Source: an uncultured bacterium
GTDB lineage: Bacteria; Krumholzibacteriota; Krumholzibacteriia; WVZY01; JAKEHA01
Length of the DNA: 29,195 nt
NCBI GenBank assembly: GCA_964589805.1
Contig: CAZPUV010000003.1
Coordinates: 1 to 29,195, forward strand
Direction: 5' to 3'
Part shown: piece after piece, positions 25,292 to 29,195 of the stretch
Position numbering within the stretch: the first letter of the stretch is position 1
Layout of the letters: every line of letters begins with the position of its first letter
Translations under genes and position numbers: made by a program
The notes under the pieces: model-generated
What the model was told of the DNA's origin: nothing
Databases searched by the model: none
Seen by the model: only the letters and a program-made list of their open reading frames with translations

Positions 25292-25421
25292 AGTGCTGCC
25301 GCCGGTAGGTTTCCACGGCTTCGATACGCTCGCGCGGTGTGCGCGACATCCAGTACGCGAGGTCCTCGGCATCCCCGGATCTGTCCGTCAGGCTTCGTTT
25401 CTTGACTACTCGTTGAATCAA
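25233..25421 (-). CDS. Small 62-aa protein, putative partner (antitoxin- or toxin-like) of the nucleotidyltransferase
   Basis: DLAYWMSRTPRERIEAVETYRRQHYG...RLQRVARVV resembles small proteins I recall upstream of DUF6036 genes. It exactly fills the gap after the rmlC stop. TTG start. Confidence 0.7.
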   Translation of the reverse strand: MIQRVVKKRSLTDRSGDAEDLAYWMSRTPRERIEAVETYRRQHYGNAARLQRVARVVERERR

Positions 25422-25424
25422 GCC

Positions 25425-25886
25425 TCAGCCGTCCTTGCGGTTCCAGTCGTAGGGGATGTCGTTGTCGTGCGGATCGACGCGGAACTCGTCGGGCTCCTTG
25501 TAGTTGTAGGGCTCGGTCGGGATGTTGACGAGGTAGCCCGGGGTGGTGCCGATTCCCTTCATCCCGTGGAGCACGAAGGGCGGGATCACGACCAGGATCG
25601 GGTTCTTCTCGCCCATGAAGAACTCGTTCACCAGGCCCTTCGTGGTCGACTTCTCGCGGCCATCATACAGCACCACCTTGAGCATGCCGTGCACGCACAC
25701 GAAGTGGTCGGTCTGCTTCTTGTGGTAGTGCCACCCCTTGACGACCCCGGGGTAGGCGACGGTGAGGTAGGCCTGCCCGAACTTCTGATAGAACTCGTCG
25801 TCGGCGCGGAGCATCTCCATGAGAAACCCGCGCTCGTCGGGAATGACCTTGAGCTGCTTGACCCGAACGCCGTCGATGAGTTTCAC
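25425..25886 (-). CDS. rmlC: dTDP-4-dehydrorhamnose 3,5-epimerase family cupin (RmlC-like), 153 aa
   Basis: IPDERGFLMEM, VKGWHYH and VLHG. GTG 25886 has a GGGAGG RBS and overlaps the ugd stop (GTGA). Confidence 0.85.
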   Translation of the reverse strand: MKLIDGVRVKQLKVIPDERGFLMEMLRADDEFYQKFGQAYLTVAYPGVVKGWHYHKKQTDHFVCVHGMLKVVLYDGREKSTTKGLVNEFFMGEKNPILVVIPPFVLHGMKGIGTTPGYLVNIPTEPYNYKEPDEFRVDPHDNDIPYDWNRKDG

Positions 25887-27196
25887 TTTCGACCCCTCCC
25901 GAACGACTCGTACACGAATCCATAGCCTTCTACCCGATCCCGGACATAGACGTTCCGGCAATCCACGAAGACGTTGCCGCGCATGAGTTCCTTGAGCCGC
26001 GGAAAATCGAGTTCCCGGAATTCGTTCCACTCCGTCACCAGCATCAGCGCATCGCACCCCTCGGCGGTCTGGTAGGCGCTCTTGCAGTACTCGACCGGTG
26101 CCTTCACGGTTCGCCGGAAACCGTCCATCGCCACCGGGTCGAACACGCGCACGCGAGCGCCCTTCGCGAGGAGGTCGTGAACCAGACGATTGGCCGGCGC
26201 CTCGCGCAGGTCGTCCGTGTTGGGCTTGAAGGCGAGCCCCAGCACCCCGACCGTCTTCCCGCGCAGATCCCCCACCGCGCCCGCGAGTTTGTCCATGGCG
26301 CGTCCGGTGAGGCCCTGGTTGGTCGCGTGGGCGGCGGTGATCAGGGGTGCCGCGAAACCGTTCTCGTTGGCCACGTGGATCAGCGACGATACGTCCTTGG
26401 GCAGGCACGATCCGCCGTATCCGATTCCTGCGTGCAGGAATTTCTTCCCGATGCGGCCGTCGAGGCCCATGCCCCTCGCCACCTCGTCCACGTTGGCACC
26501 AACCAGTTCGCAGATCCGCGCCATCTCGTTGATGAAGGAGATTTTCGTGGCGAGAAATGCATTCGACGCGTACTTGATCATCTCGGCGCTCTCCAGCGAC
26601 GTGGAGACGATCGGCGTCTCCAGCAGATAGAGCGGCCGGTACACCCGCTTCATCATCTCGCGCGCCCGGTCCGATTCGGCGCCGACGACGACTCGGTCGG
26701 GACGCATGAAGTCCCCCACCGCGGATCCCTCGCGCAGGAACTCCGGGTTGGAGACGATGTCGAACTCAGCGTTCTTCGGCTTGTGCTCGGCGATCACGGC
26801 CGCCATCCTGCGCGCGGTGCCGGCGGGCGCGGTGCTCTTCTGGACCACCACGGTGTAGCCGGAGAGGTGCTTCGCGACGTCCCTCGCCGCGTCGAAGACG
26901 GACCCGAGGTCGGTGCCGCCGTCCCCGCGGGAGGGCGTGCCGACGGCGATGAAGACGACCTCCGCTTCGTGCACCGCGACCGCGAGGTCGGTGGTGAAGA
27001 ACAGCCGTTCGTCCGCCACGTTCTTGGCGACGACTTCCTTGAGTCCCGGTTCGTAGATGGGGATCTCGCCTCGACCCAGTGCCTCGATCCGCGAGGCGTC
27101 GATGTCCACGCACGTCACCGTGTGCCCGAAGTCGGCAAAGCATGCGCCGCTCACCAGCCCCACGTAACCGGTTCCGATCATGCAGATTCTCGTCAT
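25883..27196 (-). CDS. ugd: UDP-glucose/GDP-mannose 6-dehydrogenase family protein
   Basis: IGTGYVGL, AVGTP, KSTAP, SNPEFLREG, KYASNAFLATKISF, GYGGSCLPKD and GLAFKPNTDDLRE. Confidence 0.93.
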   Translation of the reverse strand: MTRICMIGTGYVGLVSGACFADFGHTVTCVDIDASRIEALGRGEIPIYEPGLKEVVAKNVADERLFFTTDLAVAVHEAEVVFIAVGTPSRGDGGTDLGSVFDAARDVAKHLSGYTVVVQKSTAPAGTARRMAAVIAEHKPKNAEFDIVSNPEFLREGSAVGDFMRPDRVVVGAESDRAREMMKRVYRPLYLLETPIVSTSLESAEMIKYASNAFLATKISFINEMARICELVGANVDEVARGMGLDGRIGKKFLHAGIGYGGSCLPKDVSSLIHVANENGFAAPLITAAHATNQGLTGRAMDKLAGAVGDLRGKTVGVLGLAFKPNTDDLREAPANRLVHDLLAKGARVRVFDPVAMDGFRRTVKAPVEYCKSAYQTAEGCDALMLVTEWNEFRELDFPRLKELMRGNVFVDCRNVYVRDRVEGYGFVYESFGRGRK

Positions 27197-28134
27197 GCGT
27201 CTTCCTTGTCCCAGTACGCGAGCAATGATTCGAGCATCTCCCGGACCGAGTGCCGGGCTCTCCAGCCGGTGTGCGCCGTTATCTTGGCGGGATCACCGCG
27301 AAGTTCCGGCATATCCACCGGGCGCATCCGTTCCGCGTCGACGCGGATCGTGAGATTCACACCGGCGATTTCACACAGATCTCGAAGCATATCACCAATA
27401 CGATACGAATTCCCCGTGCATACGTTGTAGGTCTCCCCGGTGCGACCCTTCTTGATGAGCACCACGTATGCGTCGCACACGTCGCGGATGTCGAGGAAAT
27501 CGCGCCGGACCTCCAGATTGCCCACCTCGATGACGTCGCTGCGCTCGCCGCGGCGAATCGCCGCCACCTGCCGGGCGAAACTGGGCAGCACATACGTGTC
27601 CGTCTGGCCGGGTCCCGTATGGTTGAAACTCCGCGTCATCACCGCGTCGACTTCGTAGAGCCTCGCGAACATGCGCCCGTAGTGGTTCTGGATCGCCTTG
27701 GCGAGCGCGTAGGGACTCTCCGGATTCGCCGGCGCCGATTCCGCGAGCGGCAGCTGTGATGCGTCCACGGTGCCGTACTCCTCCGCGGACCCCACCAGCA
27801 GGACCCGCGCGCGCGAGCCGGTCTTGCGCAGGTGATTCAGGATGTTCAGCGCGGGCCGCGTGTTGTCGGTCAGGGTCCGCGCCGGGTCGTCGAACGACTT
27901 GCGCACGCTGGCCTGCGCGGCCAGGTGCACGATGCATGCCGGAGAGACCTCGGCAATCATGTTCTCGACGAAGCCCTCGTCGGCGAGGTCCCCGGTAAGG
28001 CACTTCCTGCCGGGAAACGGGCCGTCGCCTTCGATCCGATCGGCGCCCCAGACCTCGTGGCCGGCCGCGACCAGCCTTTCCACGAGCGAGCGCCCGACGA
28101 ATCCGTTACACCCTGTGACGAGGGCCTTTTCCAT
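27193..28134 (-). CDS. NAD-dependent SDR, GDP-mannose 4,6-dehydratase / GDP-4-keto-6-deoxy-mannose reductase (Rmd)-like
   Basis: VTGCNGFVG, HLAAQASV, GSAEEYG, PYALAK, FNHTGPGQ, GNLEVRRDF and RMRPVD. Confidence 0.85.
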   Translation of the reverse strand: MEKALVTGCNGFVGRSLVERLVAAGHEVWGADRIEGDGPFPGRKCLTGDLADEGFVENMIAEVSPACIVHLAAQASVRKSFDDPARTLTDNTRPALNILNHLRKTGSRARVLLVGSAEEYGTVDASQLPLAESAPANPESPYALAKAIQNHYGRMFARLYEVDAVMTRSFNHTGPGQTDTYVLPSFARQVAAIRRGERSDVIEVGNLEVRRDFLDIRDVCDAYVVLIKKGRTGETYNVCTGNSYRIGDMLRDLCEIAGVNLTIRVDAERMRPVDMPELRGDPAKITAHTGWRARHSVREMLESLLAYWDKEDA

Positions 28135-28156
28135 GTTCGGCCGTGCCCGGGACTGA

Positions 28157-29107
28157 CTACCGGCTGCGCCAGTACTCCAGCGTGTCGCGCAGCGTCTTCT
28201 CGAACGGGATCTCCGGTTTCCAACCCGTGTCCGCGCGGAACTTCGAACAATCGCCCAGGAGCAGCATCACGTCCGACGGCCGAAGCCGGCTCTTGTCCGT
28301 CCTGACCTCGATCTTCTCGTCGGTCAGCGCGAGCAGCTGGTCCAGCATCTCGCGGATCGACCAGCATTTCTCCTGGCAGATGTTGTACACCTCTCCCGCC
28401 TTGCCCTTCTCGAGCGACAGCCAGTAGGCCTTCACCATGTCGCGGACATCGGTGAAGTCGCGTTTGGCGTCCAGGTTGCCGACGTGCAACACGGGTTTGC
28501 GAACGCCGCGCTCGATATCGACGATCTGCCTGGCGAAATCGCTCATCACGAATACCGGCGCGCGGCGCGGGCCCTCGTGGTTGAAGCCGCGCGTGCGCAC
28601 GATGTGCATGCCGTAGCTCATGAAGTACTGGTAGCCCAGCAGATCCTGTCCCACCTTGCTCACCCCGTACGGCGAGAGCGGCCGCAGCGGGTTGGTCTCC
28701 TTGATGGGCACCTCGTTCTCGTGGACCATGCCGTATTCCTCGCTCGAACACGCGAGCTGGATCCGGCACTTGAGGCCGATCTTGCGGACCGCCTCGAAGA
28801 TGTTGAGCTGGCCGATGACATTGGTGGTGAGGCTCTCGGCGGGCGCGTGCCACGACGTGGGCACGAAGCTCTGCGCGGCCAGGTGGAAGATGTAGTCGGG
28901 CTTGACCGTCTCGATCACGTCACGCGTCGAGGAGGCGTCGCGCAGGTCGCACTCGTGGAGCGCGATCTTGCCGTCCAGGTGTTCGATGTTCTCGGTGCGG
29001 CTCCGCCAGCGGATGATCCCGTGGACCTCCAGGTCGCTGCGGGTGAGACAGTAGTCGGCGAGGTGGCTGCCGGTGAAGCCGGTGACTCCGGTGATGAGAA
29101 CGCGCAA
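28157..29107 (-). CDS. NAD-dependent SDR, GDP-mannose 4,6-dehydratase / Rmd-like
   Basis: ITGVTGFTG, FHLAAQSFV, CSSEEYG, PYGVSK, FNHEGPRR, GNLDAKRDF and RLRPSDV. TTG start with AAGGA RBS. Confidence 0.88.
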   Translation of the reverse strand: MRVLITGVTGFTGSHLADYCLTRSDLEVHGIIRWRSRTENIEHLDGKIALHECDLRDASSTRDVIETVKPDYIFHLAAQSFVPTSWHAPAESLTTNVIGQLNIFEAVRKIGLKCRIQLACSSEEYGMVHENEVPIKETNPLRPLSPYGVSKVGQDLLGYQYFMSYGMHIVRTRGFNHEGPRRAPVFVMSDFARQIVDIERGVRKPVLHVGNLDAKRDFTDVRDMVKAYWLSLEKGKAGEVYNICQEKCWSIREMLDQLLALTDEKIEVRTDKSRLRPSDVMLLLGDCSKFRADTGWKPEIPFEKTLRDTLEYWRSR

Positions 29108-29150
29108 CTTGTTTTCCTTTCAAGAGATCGGATGTTGGCCGCGATCGTCG

Positions 29151-29179
29151 AGGGTAAGGCAAAACCTGATTCGGGTCAA
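29151..29179 (-). promoter_or_regulatory. Sigma70-type promoter of the nucleotide-sugar operon
   Basis: TTGACC-N17-TACCCT. Confidence 0.65.
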
Positions 29180-29195
29180 AGGATTTGCGCGGCCG

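Overview
A GC-rich bacterial chromosomal window with 27 genes, all on the minus strand. The long plus-strand ORFs are antisense shadows. In transcription order (right to left) it holds: (1) a nucleotide-sugar/polysaccharide cluster (two Rmd/Gmd-like SDRs, ugd, rmlC-like, rmlB, wecB, a Wzx flippase and wecA-like), with a small-protein + nucleotidyltransferase pair inserted into it; (2) an intact HemC homologue that lacks its catalytic residues, followed by serS, a sensor kinase, a PorX-like REC-PglZ regulator, tsaE, tsaB, rimI and a purine nucleoside phosphorylase; (3) accD, folC, a ROK kinase, a very long OstA-repeat/LptD protein and HU; (4) an exported UshA-like/tetraheme cytochrome c gene interrupted by an in-frame TGA in a CxU motif with a SECIS-like hairpin, then a DUF3108-like protein, a secreted zinc metallopeptidase with a FlgD/T9SS-like C-terminal domain and a truncated cysteine synthase/CBS-family gene. 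The strongest findings are the probable periplasmic multiheme selenoprotein and the HemC pseudoenzyme with its own promoter. Two promoters look leaderless. Gene content suggests an FCB-group relative such as Krumholzibacteriota/Latescibacterota/Eisenbacteria (inference only). No rRNA, tRNA, CRISPR array or transposase was recognised.
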